A DNA stretch of 64,000 nt. It comes from Picochlorum sp. SENEW3. Its lineage: Eukaryota. Both the position numbers and the translations under genes were made by a program. The notes under the pieces were generated by a model that saw only the letters and a program-made list of their open reading frames with translations, was not told where the DNA came from and searched no databases. Shown here piece by piece: positions 23,741-38,484 of this stretch (the stretch's first letter is position 1; every line of letters starts with the position of its first letter). The stretch spans positions 682,001 through 746,000 of the forward strand of contig CP120458.1 in assembly GCA_034226945.1 (NCBI GenBank), written 5' to 3'.

Positions 23741-24328
23741 CAATCCTCAAATTCGGATTGAGGGGCTCGATTCTCTTGAAAGAGCCTTTACTCATCCTCA
23801 CCACCATCACCTCGTTTAGGCCAAGGTGTAATAATTGATGGATTGCAAACAATTGACTCAAACCATTCGGTCTCAGTGATGGAAGGGAAGAAGTGGAATC
23901 CACACACGACGAGGCAAGCCTGGAAGTGTGCTTTGGAGGCACTGGGAAGATTTTGCCCACTGGCAGCCCATGAACCTCTGGGCCATGCTTCTTATTCCAT
24001 CGCTGAGAGAATGTTTGGATAGCTACCTATTGGCTAATGGATGCTTCCAACAAGTTGCACCCCTGGTGGTGGTTTGGGGAACCAGCTGTTGGTGTTGGTG
24101 TTCCAGGCTATAATTGGGAGGGTGGCGTGCTCTGGCTTGCCTTGAGGCATGTTCTTGGCGTGGAGATGGAGGAGGTTCCAGAAGGTCTGAACGGCGATGG
24201 TCTTTCCTTTGCTAACAATGGTTTCTGTTTGGGGGACTGGGCCCTCTGTATGGTACTTCAATTTGTACATGTAGCGTCTGCCTCTGTCAATGGCATACAC
24301 CGCGCTGACGCAGATGAAGAGCCATATA
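23741..24328 (-). mobile_element. LINE family C 3' fragment
   Basis: Near-identical to about 37601-38190; encodes an ORF2 C-terminus (IWLFICVSAVYAIDRGR..) resembling families A and B. Confidence 0.75.
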
Positions 24329-24329
24329 T

Positions 24330-26244
24330 ATGTTGGGTTGCAAAAGCACAAGATCTGCTCCACAGTCCGAAATCATCTTCGGAATCTGCCTTCATTGCAT
24401 TGGGCATTTTGTCCCCACCATCATCCACCATATCTGGCTCATCTTGATCCCGATCAACATCCTCTTCCTCATTCACTTTATCTTGCCATCGCTCGGTACT
24501 TTCCGGGGTTATCATTCCCAAATCCTTCTGAGCACAATTGAAAGCTTCCCATTCCCTCCACTTGGTATCATCCATGTCCATGGCAGTAAACATTCTCTCT
24601 AGAGCTTCCATCTGATACAAGCTACTAAAGGATTCGCTTAATCCACACGATTTCCATCCACTCAGAATTAACTTTTTCCTTCATCTGCTTGAAACCAAGA
24701 AAAATCTTTCTCAGCCCACTCTGGAATCTTCTCCCTCAAAGTGATCATCTTCAAATCACATGTATATCCAACTGGTTTCTCACCCTGCCTTATTCGCTTT
24801 TCATTTTCCTCTATTTGTTGTTGCAAACTTTCAAGGAGGTATTTTTCAAATTCTTTGATAGCCAGGGCCTTCAATTTATAATTGCCCACGAGGTCTACCA
24901 CCTGTAACTTTGAAGTGCATCAGGCAGGGACAAAGAGCAGTAGTATGTAAGGGTGATTCTTCTTCATCCACTCAGTAAATGCTCTGGAAATGTGTACTTT
25001 CCAGCAATCCAAAACCAGAACACATCTTTGTTTGATATCTTCTATCCTCAGACTCTTACCTGTGTAAGGTTCAACAAGGTGTTTCTCCACCAGCTTCTGG
25101 CAGAAGTACGGATGCAGCACCTTGCCAACCCACTCTTTCATGGTGTCTAAATTCGCCCAGTGTGCATCAGGGTTGGTAGAAAACAGCCAGTCATGCAGTG
25201 CTGTATATTGAGAGTGCTTGCTTCCCTTTACCTTGTCTCTCTTGCCTTTGAAGACAAACTGCAGAGGCAGCATCTCCCCACTTGCACTGAGACCAACCAT
25301 CATTGTCACTTGCCTTTTATCGTTGTGGGCTATCATGGAAACCCCTTTGCGCTAGAGTTTTATCCCTGTGAGGAGCAAGGTGCCACTCAGTCTGATCTGC
25401 ATTGACAACCAGGTCAGGAGTGATGTTGAATTCTTTAACACGAACAGCCAACCTGTCACAAAATGCCAGTTTTAATTCCTCCCAGTTATCTGGCACTTCT
25501 CTGCCCGTGGTTGCCTGACGCAAAGAAAGCCCTAAATCTTTGTATAAAAAGTTTCTGAACCAAGATTTCGACATTTTCCAACCTTTCAAAATTTCTGGCT
25601 CCCCCCTCCCAGCCTCATTTTCCTCAGTCCTCACTCGATCTAAGTTCGCCTGTACCACCGACCAAACGAAGTTCAATGTAGTTGGAACATGGACTTCTTT
25701 TGCCCTGACAATGTCGTTGACCCAGCTCCTAACCATTGTCTTCCGCTCTTCATCAACTGCTTTCCTTCCTCTAATCTTTCTGTAGATACCATTCTGCCTC
25801 CATGCCCTGACCGTTGATTCACTCAACCTTTGAAAATTCTCGAGTCGTGGAAACTGTTTTTGGAACCATTTAATCTATTTGGAGACAGAGAACCTACCGC
25901 GAGGATTCAATTGTTGGGCCTTCTCTAGGACCATGGCAACTACCAAATTGTCCCAATACATATACTTTCCCCCCAACCTGTCAGGCTGAGCCTTTTCCCC
26001 TTGTTTTCGTTTCCTTTCTAGTCTTCTACTCCGGCTCTTTTGGATGTAGGACGGGGGATTTACGAAATACTTCTTGGGACCAGGTTGTAATCTTGGTTTG
26101 AACTCCACCACTGGTCTAGATGATGTAGCCCCTTCTCCATTGAAAGCTTGCATGATCGAAATCTGCTTTGTCAATTTTTTGGCGTGTTTTTAATCTAAAT
26201 TCGTTTTAATGCGATTTACCTAACGAAATTTAAAATTTTTCCTG
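24330..26244 (-). pseudogene. pogo/Tigger-like (CENP-B HTH + DDE_1) transposon, decayed and 3'-truncated, with its 5' TIR
   Basis: SESTVRAW HTH, SKSWFRNF, VVNADQT, VLDCWKVH, VPA*CTSKLQVVD; several stops and a frameshift; terminus TA|CAGGAAAAATTTTAAATTTCG at 26244. Confidence 0.88.
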
Positions 26245-29200
26245 TATATAAACAATAATTGATCAAAGATCGTAGTGTTTCTGAACATAACGAGAAGCTC
26301 ATACTCCTCATCGAGAGGCAACCTGCGACGATGGCCACGGCTGTCGCCAACCTCCAGAACTTTATGGAGGCTCTGCGAGAAGCAGAAAAAGCAACAAAGT
26401 CAGCAAGAGTGACTTTCACCACCACCCTGCAGTGCGAGAATGGAGAACCGGAACGTTCGTACATTCAAAATTTGAAATTGCGAATCGACCGATCCATCAT
26501 CTTGCACCTCGAACAAGGGTTGCAAGCCTACGGAAATCAACCTTTATTGCAAGATAACATTGAAGATCCCCACAAGATGATGTTCACGGAGGAGAAGATC
26601 GGCCACCACTATGCCACCAAAACAAAGACACTGAGGATTTTCTGGAATATGTGGGTGCTGCGGGAATTTCAGCCACATTTCGGAAAAATCGTCAATGACG
26701 GGTCCTGGATGTTCTTTGAACATGAAGACAAACAGTTCCCGGTGACTGTACAGTATGAAACTCAGACACAGACGCAACAAGCCATCTTACGGGGTGTCCC
26801 AACTCGACACCGGAGCTGCTTCAACAGTTCTTGGGAAGTATCATGCAACACTTGGCAAACAAAGGTAACATCTCGAAAGAAGCGGAGATAATGACATGCG
26901 CACCTCGCAGCCATACGAGGAACGCCGGAGAAATGCCAGAATACCTCCATGCAACAGAATGGCTCATCACCTACAAGGACAACAGGCCAGGACAGAATGG
27001 CACCATCCCAGTGGGCCCAACAGGACCTGCACTGGAGTGGCAGGTACTCAGACCCCGCCGCCCACATGTCTCATTGGACACAGTACCAACCCTGGCCAAC
27101 TACCCAGTGAGAGAAGTACAGTATGCCGCCATGGTGGAGAACAACGAAATCCAAACCGACGATTTCGTGAACATCACAAGCGAGGAATTCGCAGCCCAAG
27201 TAAACCAGACACAAGAAGCACACACAGAAACACAGGACACATCAGCACCCCAGCCAGCACAACAGATGGAGGAGGACCAACAGGAGGCACCCAACACCGA
27301 AGAACACGACAACCTTGTCGACCCACAGCACACCGCCGCCAACCAACAGGATGGAACGAATGAAGCTATGACACAGAGGGAAGAGGGACCAAGGGAAGCC
27401 GGCAACACAGAGGACTCAGAGGATGTGGTGTCTGCAGAGACACGCACTGTGGCGAGCAACACAGCGACGTCAGGCCTGGACAACTCTGAAGAAGCACACA
27501 ACAATCTGCAGGACCTGATAGGGGAGGAGAGCCAGAGGAGGATCACAAGAGCCTCGACCAAAAAGAGGGAGCAGCAAGGCTCACCAAAAAAGAAGCTAGC
27601 CACAGGCCCCTCACCAACGACATCGCCTCAGAAGAAGGCGCATGCCATCCGCAAGTAAATCATTATCCATGATGATGAACGGCTTGAACTTCATGACATT
27701 CAACGTAAGAGGCTTGACCCCAAACAAATACAGTGCCATGATGAAGCTGTTAGAAGATCACAGGATTGATATTGCCCTGATACAGGAAACCCATCTCAAA
27801 GGAAACACAGACGAACACAACTTTACAGACCTACTCGATAGAAACACACAAGCAGAATGGAAAACATTTTGGCACAATGATCGCCAACACGGCAGAGCTC
27901 GAGGTACAGCAATTTGGATCCGAACCTATCGGCAAGGCAGAGCACCAATTCACCTCCACCCCAGCACAGTGACAAGGAAAGGCATGGGCCGCATGATCAG
28001 TCTTTCACTGGACTGGTCGGGACATAAACTAAGAATAGGAAATGTGTATATGCCTACCACCTCCACCTCCAACCACTGGACGATCAGCACGGCTCTGATC
28101 AACCACATCAAGAAAGATACACAGAGAACACAGGGAATCATTTATGCTGGAGACTGGAATTTTGTTGAAGACCAGACACTGGATACCACCTCCACAAAGA
28201 GAATCAACAACAAACAAGAACAATACCTCATCAGGTACTGGAAAGAAACTGTAGGGAACTCGATCACAGAATGCCAACAGGAGACACTGAGACAGAAACA
28301 CATGTACACACAACACCATGGAACCATGGAAGGAACTATTCATAGCCGCCTGGACCGCTTCTATGCCTCGTCAGACATGACCAGATATATCACACAACCT
28401 ATCAAAACGATAGAGATCCACAGCTACGGAATAGTATCAGACCATAAGCCAGTCATCATGAGCATCATCGGAAATTGCCCCATAAAGATGCTGCACCCGT
28501 GCAGAAAGAATACATGAAAAGGATTAAAACCGCAGCAAAATGCCACCCACTTGCAATGAAGGAGGCGAGGAACGCATTCGAGGCTTTCCTCTCCTCATTC
28601 CAGGGTGGTGTTTGGCTCTCGGAGGAAACCCAAGGGTCTCTGCCGGACACTGACAGACATCGGATGATACTCGAGCAGTATCCACATATTAAACGCCAAC
28701 TGGGGAAAATATGGAACCAGGCCTCGAACCAAGCAATTGAAGCACTGAAGCTGGCTTTACATCAAGCCGAGGAACAGGGCATTGACCGACACATCAAAGA
28801 TTGCAAACGACAGCTGCAGCAAGGGCAACAGGCAAATCGATCGGATTCACACACGTGTATTCCAAATGACGCAATGGATAAACTCTCTTATCAGCTGCTG
28901 ATGAGACCCAAGGGGAGCAACTGCATTGGAAGCTTGACTGACCCAAAGTCACGGTATACTTATACCAGTCCCAAAGGCATCGCAAATTGCCTTGCCAACA
29001 CGATTGCAGAGGTATCAAAGCCTCCGCAAACAAATCAGGAAGCCCAGCAGGAACTGATCGATTTGATTGCGGAGGAAGATCGCACTGTCTTCCCGACCTT
29101 TTGTAACCCCTCAGAGACAATCGAGCCACAGGAAGTCGCCAAAGCCATCAGGAAAATCCGCAACTCCTGTCCTGGAGATGATGGGTTGCAGATTATCCAC

Positions 29201-31819
29201 TACAGAAAGTTTAGCAAATGGATGTGTCCGATCTTGGCCACACTATTTTCCGCCATCATCGCAAGGAACGAGATGCCAGCCAAATTTCATCATGGCACGA
29301 TCAGAGCCATTGAAAAGGGAGGAACCCTGACAGATCCCACCAATTATAGACCCATCACCCTACTCAATGTGGACTACAGAATCTTCGGGTTTATCCTGAA
29401 GGAGAGAATGACTTTGAGCCTCCAGAACTTGATTCCAGCAACGCAGACAGCCTTCCTGCCTGGAAGACAGTCAGCAGAAAACATATGGGCAGTACAGACC
29501 ATCCCCTACTCCTACACAGAGACAACAGAGAAGCATTGATCGCCCTATGCGACTTTCGCAAAGCCTATGACACGATTGATAGAAGCTTTCTGTTTCAGAT
29601 ATGCCATACACTCCAGATGCCAGACTACCTGGTGAGATGGATTCAACTCATGCTCCAGGAGACAACCAGTAAGGTATATGCAAACCATTGCTTTTCAGAC
29701 TACAGACAATTTCATGCAGGGCTGAGACAGGGATGCCCAGCGTCCCCACTACTCTACCTGTTAATTGGATTTATGCTAGCTCGCCTGGTACAACACTCAG
29801 AACTGGGCATAACAATACCATGTCCACTCCAGACAGACCCAACACAGTCAGATACAGCCTTGAAGCTATGCCTTTTCCAGTTTGCTGACGACAGCAAACT
29901 CATTCTCGAAGAAGATCAGATCCCGCGCTTTAAACAGATTATGGCGCTGTTCGCTGAGGCAACAGGGCAGCACTTGAACAAGGAGAAGACCAAACTCTTG
30001 CCCATAGGCGCCCTCAAGACCCTGCATCACAAGCAACAGATCGATGACTTCAAGGTCACAACAGAAGCAAAAATCCTAGGTGTGACACTACACTGCGGAA
30101 TTGACGCTCCGACATACCATTGGCAAAGCAAAATGTCCCAACTCCAGCAGCTCACGGATAAAATCAAGCGTATGACAGGACTGTCCATCTTTGCAAAATT
30201 TGACCTCTTCAACAAATTTGTCACCTCCAAAGTACTCTATGCTGCAGAATTTATCTATACACCGCCATCCATAGTCGATGGCATCCATAAGATGGCAAGG
30301 AAGCTTTTACCACCAGATGCACCATGCTGGAAAAACGAAGCAATACAGTCTAGAGCCGATCTTGGCGGCCTGGGCATGCTCCCCTTTCGGGAACATATCA
30401 AGGCCCGTCAATATAAATGGCTCATCAAAGCTCTCGTGTTAGGCACCACCACCGTCTGGTCCACGCTGGTATGGAATGCCACAGCACACTACAGAAGAAC
30501 CAACAGGCCAACAAAGATCATGGCTCTCAGGCTCCTCACCCAGCCGTGTGAGTTACCGGGAGTCCACCCGGCTCTCATGGAATACAGCGAGGACAACGAG
30601 ATCTCATTGCACTCGCTGATCAACTCAGTATTCAGGAATCCAACAGAAGAAAGACAGTGGAACTACTGCTGGCATCGCTACAAAGGAAACCAGTTGCCAC
30701 TCCACAAGTATACGGTGAAAGATGGCACTCGCCTGATCACCATCAACTCGCCAGACCCAGTCAAATGGCAGCAAGCGACCAACAATCAGATTGCTTGGAT
30801 ACACACTGTGAGCGAGATACGGCCCAGGTTCGGTAAGATGCTGGGAAACATCAGAAAATGGTGGAGAGCACGGGTGCCCAACCCGTGGAAGGCGATCATA
30901 TGGCATATAAACTCAGGAGGGCTCCTCGTGAGTCATCTCCCAGCGGAGAGGCGCAAGGACTGTGCATGTGGACATTCGAAGGCATCAATGGACCATTATG
31001 CCCGAGAATGCCCTATTGCCAAACATGTCTACAGCCTCCTCAAACCAGAAAGCATGCTTGCTGGAACAAACAGCCATTTCCAACTCCTTCTTCACAACAT
31101 ATGGAGCAACACATCTCCAAAGGATGTGGACGATGCCATATGGACTGAGATTAGTATTATTACCATCAATGCTTTGGATGTGGGCCGTAAAACAGCCTAC
31201 AGACTCCTCCACCACTCCACCACAGAACATCCACCACAGCCACAGGATATCATCAGAAAGGCCAGCCACACAGCAGAGCAGTACTTCTGGGAACTGCTGA
31301 AACAACGAAAGCCAAGCTTCCCTCCACCATCGCCAACAATGAAAGAGTTGCCATTCCTGAAATGGCAACCTGCTAACAATCGCTGGGTGTTACAGAAACC
31401 CCTGATATGGACCCTGACTAGAAACAGATCAGTGACACTCGTGCAGTGAACAAGGAAGCGCTTGCCACTTCCAGGACAAACATCAGCATTCCAAGAGAGA
31501 CTATAGTCAGATTTGCCTGAAGTATGACGGCCCAACTGCTCCTGTACGGTTTAGTGGTACCCATGGTAAAAATTTCACAACCTGGAGCAGTCGTCATATG
31601 GAAGGTCGAGGAAATCTGTTTCATTCACTATGCTACACTCGCTCAAACAAAACACTACAGAGGAGTATGTCCAATGGACAATGTACAGGTCAGGAGGTTT
31701 TGTATCCCTTTATAAATTCCTCAACATTTTATTTAGGGATTTCCTCCTGTGGGGCTTGTATGATTTGGAAGATATTCGTCATATTTCTCGACTGTGTAAT
31801 AATCCCCTATAAAAAAAAA
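26245..31819 (+). mobile_element. LINE family A, copy 2 (apparently full length, frameshifted)
   Basis: ORF1 about 26330-27658, ORF2 27642-31449 in three frames, poly(A) at 31811-31819. Confidence 0.95.
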
Positions 31820-31973
31820 GTGTTTATCCACCGTATTGATGCTTTCAGTTAAGACGATACAGACGTCGTCATCTTCTTGCATCGAAGTTTCCTCTAGAAC
31901 CGGTGCCGTTTTCTCTGGCTCCGCCCCAGGGTCCTCGTTTATTTGATTCGTCGACATTTCTGTACACAAGATC

Positions 31974-34900
31974 TTTTTTTTATAGGGGATTATTACACAG
32001 TCGAGAAATATGACGAATATCTTCCAAATCATACAAGCCCCACAGGAGGAAATCCCTAAATAAAATGTTGAGGAATTTATAAAGGGATACAAAACCTCCT
32101 GACCTGTACATTGTCCATTGGACATACTCCTCTGTAGTGTTTTGTTTGAGCGAGTGTAGCATAGTGAATGAAACAGATTTCCTCGACCTTCCATATGACG
32201 ACTGCTCCAGGTTGTGAAATTTTTACCATGGGTACCACTAAACCGTACAGGAGCAGTTGGGCCGTCATACTTCAGGCAAATCTGACTATAGTCTCTCTTG
32301 GAATGCTGATGTTTGTCCTGGAAGTGGCAAGCGCTTCCTTGTTCACTGCACGAGTGTCACTGATCTGTTTCTAGTCAGGGTCCATATCAGGGGTTTCTGT
32401 AACACCCAGCGATTGTTAGCAGGTTGCCATTTCAGGAATGGCAACTCTTTCATTGTTGGCGATGGTGGAGGGAAGCTTGGCTTTCGTTGTTTCAGCAGTT
32501 CCCAGAAGTACTGCTCTGCTGTGTGGCTGGCCTTTCTGATGATATCCTGTGGCTGTGGTGGATGTTCTGTGGTGGAGTGGTGGAGGAGTCTGTAGGCTGT
32601 TTTACGGCCCACATCCAAAGCATTGATGGTAATAATACTAATCTCAGTCCATATGGCATCGTCCACATCCTTTGGAGATGTGTTGCTCCATATGTTGTGA
32701 AGAAGGAGTTGGAAATGGCTGTTTGTTCCAGCAAGCATGCTTTCTGGTTTGAGGAGGCTGTAGACATGTTTGGCAATAGGGCATTCTCGGGCATAATGGT
32801 CCATTGATGCCTTCGAATGTCCACATGCACAGTCCTTGCGCCTCTCCGCTGGGAGATGACTCACGAGGAGCCCTCCTGAGTTTATATGCCATATGATCGC
32901 CTTCCACGGGTTGGGCACCCGTGTCTCCACCATTTTCTGATGTTTCCCAGCATCTTACCGAACCTGGGCCGTATCTCGCTCACAGTGTGTATCCAAGCAA
33001 TCTGATTGTTGGTCGCTTGCTGCCATTTGACTGGGTCTGGCGAGTTGATGGTGATCAGGCGAGTGCCATCTTTCACCGTATACTTGTGGAGTGGCAACTG
33101 GTTTCCTTTGTAGCGATGCCAGCAGTAGTTCCACTGTCTTTCTTCTGTTGGATTCCTGAATACTGAGTTGATCAGCGAGTGCAATGAGATCTCGTTGTCC
33201 TCGCTGTATTCCATGAGAGCCGGGTGGACTCCCGGTAACTCACACGGCTGGGTGAGGAGCCTGAGAGCCATGATCTTTGTTGGCCTGTTGGTTCTTCTGT
33301 AGTGTGCTGTGGCATTCCATACCAGCGTGGACCAGACGGTGGTGGTGCCTAACACGAGAGCTGATGAGCCATTTATATTGACGGGCCTTGATATGTTCCC
33401 GAAAGGGGAGCATGCCCAGGCCGCCAAGATCGGCTCTAGACTGTATTGCTTCGTTTTTCCAGCATGGTGCATCTGGTGGTAAAAGCTTCCTTGCCATCTT
33501 ATGGATGCCATCGACTATGGATGGCGGTGTATAGATAAATTCTGCAGCATAGAGTACTTTGGAGGTGACAAATTTGTTGAAGAGGTCAAATTTTGCAAAG
33601 ATGGACAGTCCTGTCATACGCTTGATTTTATCCGTGAGCTGCTGGAGTTGGGACATTTTGCTTTGCCAATGGTATGTCGGAGCGTCAATTCCGCAGTGTA
33701 GTGTCACACCTAGGATTTTTGCTTCTGTTGTGACCTTGAAGTCATCGATCTGTTGCTTGTGATGCAGGGTCTTGAGGGCGCCTATGGGCAAGAGTTTGGT
33801 CTTCTCCTTGTTCAAGTGCTGCCCTGTTGCCTCAGCGAACAGCGCCATAATCTGTTTAAAGCGCGGGATCTGATCTTCTTCGAGAATGAGTTTGCTGTCG
33901 TCAGCAAACTGGAAAAGGCATAGCTTCAAGGCTGTATCTGACTGTGTTGGGTCTGTCTGGAGTGGACATGGTATTGTTATGCCCAGTTCTGAGTGTTGTA
34001 CCAGGCGAGCTAGCATAAATCCAATTAACAGGTAGAGTAGTGGGGACGCTGGGCATCCCTGTCTCAGCCCTGCATGAAATTGTCTGTAGTCTGAAAAGCA
34101 ATGGTTTGCATATACCTTACTGGTTGTCTCCTGGAGCATGAGTTGAATCCATCTCACCAGGTAGTCTGGCATCTGGAGTGTATGGCATATCTGAAACAGA
34201 AAGCTCTATCAATCGTGTCATAGGCTTTGCGAAAGTCGCATAGGGCGATCAATGCTTCTCTGTTGTCTCTGTGTAGGAGTAGGGGATGGTCTGTACTGCC
34301 CATATGTTTTCTGCTGACTGTCTTCCAGGCAGGAAGGCTGTCTGCGTTGCTGGAATCAAGTTCTGGAGGCTCAAAGTCATTCTCTCCTTCAGGATAAACC
34401 CGAAGATTCTGTAGTCCACATTGAGTAGGGTGATGGGTCTATAATTGGTGGGATCTGTCAGGGTTCCTCCCTTTTCAATGGCTCTGATCGTGCCATGATG
34501 AAATTTGGCTGGCATCTCGTTCCTTGCGATGATGGCGGAAAATAGTGTGGCCAAGATCGGACACATCCATTTGCTAAACTTTCTGTAGTGGATAATCTGC
34601 AACCCATCATCTCCAGGACAGGAGTTGCGGATTTTCCTGATGGCTTTGGCGACTTCCTGTGGCTGATTGTCTCTGAGGGGTTACAAAAGGTCGGGAAGAC
34701 AGTGCGATCTTCCTCCGCAATCAAATCGATCAGTTCCTGCTGGGCTTCCTGATTTGTTTGCGGAGGCTTTGATACCTCTGCAATCGTGTTGGCAAGGCAA
34801 TTTGCGATGCCTTTGGGACTGGTATAAGTATACCGTGACTTTGGGTCAGTCAGCTTCCAATGCAGTTGCTCCCCTTGGGTCTCATCAGCAGCTGATAAGA

Positions 34901-37540
34901 GAGTTTATCCATTGCGTCATTTGGAATACACGTGTGTGAATCCGATCGATTTGCCTGTTGCCCTTGCTGCAGCTGTCGTTTGCAATCTTTGATGTGTCGG
35001 TCAATGCCCTGTTCCTCGGCTTGATGTAAAGCCAGCTTCAGTGCTTCAATTGCTTGGTTCGAGGCCTGGTTCCATATTTTCCCCAGTTGGCGTTTAATAT
35101 GTGGATACTGCTCGAGTATCATCCGATGTCTGTCAGTGTCCGGCAGAGACCCTTGGGTTTCCTCCGAGAGCCAAACACCACCCTGGAATGAGGAGAGGAA
35201 AGCCTCGAATGCGTTCCTCGCCTCCTTCATTGCAAGTGGGTGGCATTTTGCTGCGGTTTTAATCCTTTTCATGTATTCTTTCTGCACGGGTGCAGCATCT
35301 TTATGGGGCAATTTCCGATGATGCTCATGATGACTGGCTTATGGTCTGATACTATTCCGTGGCTGTGGATCTCTATCGTTTTGATAGGTTGTGTGATATA
35401 TCTGGTCATGTCTGACGAGGCATAGAAGCGGTCCAGGCGGCTATGAATAGTTCCTTCCATGGTTCCATGGTGTTGTGTGTACATGTGTTTCTGTCTCAGT
35501 GTCTCCTGTTGGCATTCTGTGATCGAGTCCCCTACAGTTTCTTTCCAGTACCTGATGAGGTATTGTTCTTGTTTGTTGTTGATTCTCTTTGTGGAGGTGG
35601 TATCCAGTGTCTGGTCTTCAACAAAATTCCAGTCTCCAGCATAAATGATTCCCTGTGTTCTCTGTGTATCTTTCTTGATGTGGTTGATCAGAGCCGTGCT
35701 GATCGTCCAGTGGTTGGAGGTGGAGGTGGTAGGCATATACACATTTCCTATTCTTAGTTTATGTCCCGACCAGTCCAGTGAAAGACTGATCATGCGGCCC
35801 ATGCCTTTCCTTGTCACTGTGCTGGGGTGGAGGTGAATTGGTGCTCTGCCTTGCCGATAGGTTCGGATCCAAATTGCTGTACCTCGAGCTCTGCCGTGTT
35901 GGCGATCATTGTGCCAAAATGTTTTCCATTCTGCTTGTGTGTTTCTATCGAGTAGGTCTGTAAAGTTGTGTTCGTCTGTGTTTCCTTTGAGATGGGTTTC
36001 CTGTATCAGGGCAATATCAATCCTGTGATCTTCTAACAGCTTCATCATGGCACTGTATTTGTTTGGGGTCAAGCCTCTTACGTTGAATGTTATGAAGTTC
36101 AAGCCGTTCATCATCATGGATAATGATTTACTTGCGGATGGCATGCGCCTTCTTCTGAGGCGATGCCGTTGGTGAGGGGCCTGTGGCTAGCTTTTTTTGG
36201 TGAGCCTTGCTGCTCCCTCTTTTTGGTCGAGGCTCTTGTGATCCTCCTCTGGCTCTCCTCCCCTATCAGGTCCTGCAGATTGTTGTGTGCTTCTTCAGAG
36301 TTGTCCAGGCCTGACGTCGCTGTGTTGCTCGCCACAGTGCGTGTCTCTGCAGACACCACATCCTCTGAGTCCTCTGTGTTGCCGGCTTCCCTTGGTCCCT
36401 CTTCCCTCTGTGTCATAAGCTTCATTCGTTCCATCCTGTTGGTTGGCGGCGGTGTGCTGTGGGTCGACAAGGTTGTCGTGTTCTTCGGTGTTGGGTGCCT
36501 CCTGTTGGTCCTCCTCCATCTGTTGTGCTGGCTGGGGTGCTGATGTGTCCTGTGTTTCTGTGTGTGCTTCTTGTGTCTGGTTTACTTGGGCTGCGAATTC
36601 CTCGCTTGTGATGTTCACGAAATCGTCGGTTTGGATTTCGTTGTTCTCCACTATGGCGGCATACTGTACTTCTCTCACTGGGTAGTTGGCCAGGGTTGGT
36701 ACTGTGTCCAATGAGACATGTGGGCGGCGGGGTCTGAGTACCTGCCACTCCAGTGCAGGTCCTGTTGGGCCCACTGGGATGGTGCCATTCTGTCCTGGCC
36801 TGTTGTCCTTGTAGGTGATGAGCCATTCTGTTGCATGGAGGTATTCTGGCATTTCTCCGGCGTTCCTCGTATGGCTGCGAGGTGCGCATGTCATTATCTC
36901 CGCTTCTTTCGAGATGTTACCTTTGTTTGCCAAGTGTTGCATGATACTTCCCAAGAACTGTTGAAGCAGCTCCGGTGTCGAGTTGGGACACCCCGTAAGA
37001 TGGCTTGTTGCGTCTGTGTCTGAGTTTCATACTGTACAGTCACCGGGAACTGTTTGTCTTCATGTTCAAAGAACATCCAGGACCCGTCATTGACGATATT
37101 TCCGAAATGTGGCTGAAATTCCCGCAGCACCCACATATTCCAGAAAATCCTCAGTGTCTTTGTTTTGGTGGCATAGTGGTGGCCGATCTTCTCCTCCGTG
37201 AACATCATCTTGTGGGGATCTTCAATGTTATCTTGCAATAAAGGTTGATTTCCGTAGGCTTGCAACCCTTGTTCGAGGTGCAAGATGATGGATCGGTCGA
37301 TTCGCAATTTCAAATTTTGAATGTACGAACGTTCCGGTTCTCCATTCTCGCACTGCAGGGTGGTGGTGAAAGTCACTCTTGCTGACTTTGTTGCTTTTTC
37401 TGCTTCTCGCAGAGCCTCCATAAAGTTCTGGAGGTTGGCGACAGCCGTGGCCATCGTCGCAGGTTGCCTCTCGATGAGGAGTATGAGCTTCTCGTTATGT
37501 TCAGAAACACTACGATCTTTGATCAATTATTGTTTATATA
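31974..37540 (-). mobile_element. LINE family A, copy 3 (apparently full length, inverted relative to copy 2)
   Basis: Reverse complement of copy 2 with the same 5' terminus TATATAAACAATAATTGATC; poly(T) from 31974. Confidence 0.95.
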
Positions 37541-37600
37541 CATGTAATGTTTTTTATTTTCCAGTCTTACATGCCCGGTGGTGATGCATAGTGAAAGATG

Positions 37601-38484
37601 AGCACAATCCTCAAATTCGGATTGAGGGGCTCGATTCTCTTGAAAGAGCCTTTACTCATCCTCACTACCATCACCTCGTTTAGGCCAAGGTGTAATAATT
37701 GATGGATTGCAAACAATTGATTCAAACCATTCGTTCTCAGTGATGAAAGGGAAGAAGTGGAATCCACACACGACGAGGCAAGCCTGGAAGTGTGTTGTGG
37801 AGGCACTGGGAAGATTTTGCCCACTGGCAGCCCATGGACCTCTGGGCCATGCTTCTTATTCCATCACTGGGCGAATGTTTGAATAGCTACCTATTGGCTA
37901 ATGGATGCTTCCTACAAGTTGCACCCCTGGTGGTGGTTTGGGGAACCAGCTGTTGGTGTTGGTGTTCCAGGCTATAATTGGGAGGGTGGCGTGCTCTGGC
38001 TTGCCTTGAGGCATGTTCTTGGCGTGGAGATGGAGGAGGTTCCAGAAGGTCTGAACGGCGATGCTCTTTCCTTTGCTGACAATGGTATCTGTTTGGGGGA
38101 CTGGGCCCTCTGTATGGTACTTCAATTTGTACATGTAGCGTCTGCCTCTGTCAATGGCATACACCGCGCTGACGCAGATGAAGAGCCATATGCTTTTTGG
38201 CACATGCTGGGGAGGTGTTCCTGTCCATACGAGGAACTGCACTTTTTCTGCATGGATGGACTCGCCCGACAGCTGGCCGTACACGGCTGCTGCCACAGGG
38301 CAGTGCTTGAAGTGGTGAAGGATGTCAGGTGTCTCGCACATGCCACATGCGCATGGCTTCGACCCTGACGAGCGGATGAAGCCGCCCATGGACGCATGCC
38401 AGAACGGCTCCTTCCACGTATTGTCCATCGGGAGCTTCCAGAGGTGTTGGTGGATCAGGGGGCTGCCCGGAGCCTGTGTGGCTC
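37601..38484 (-). mobile_element. LINE family C 3' fragment (longer copy)
   Basis: ORF 37898-38428 with WKEPFW..CACGMC..HHFKHCP cysteine motif homologous to the LINE ORF2 C-terminus. Confidence 0.8.

Noticed and set aside
31839..31850. TGCTTTCAGT near LINE-A tails (also about 63604) as a target-site motif
   Set aside because: Only 10 bp, with different orientation and distance from the tails, and absent at other junctions.
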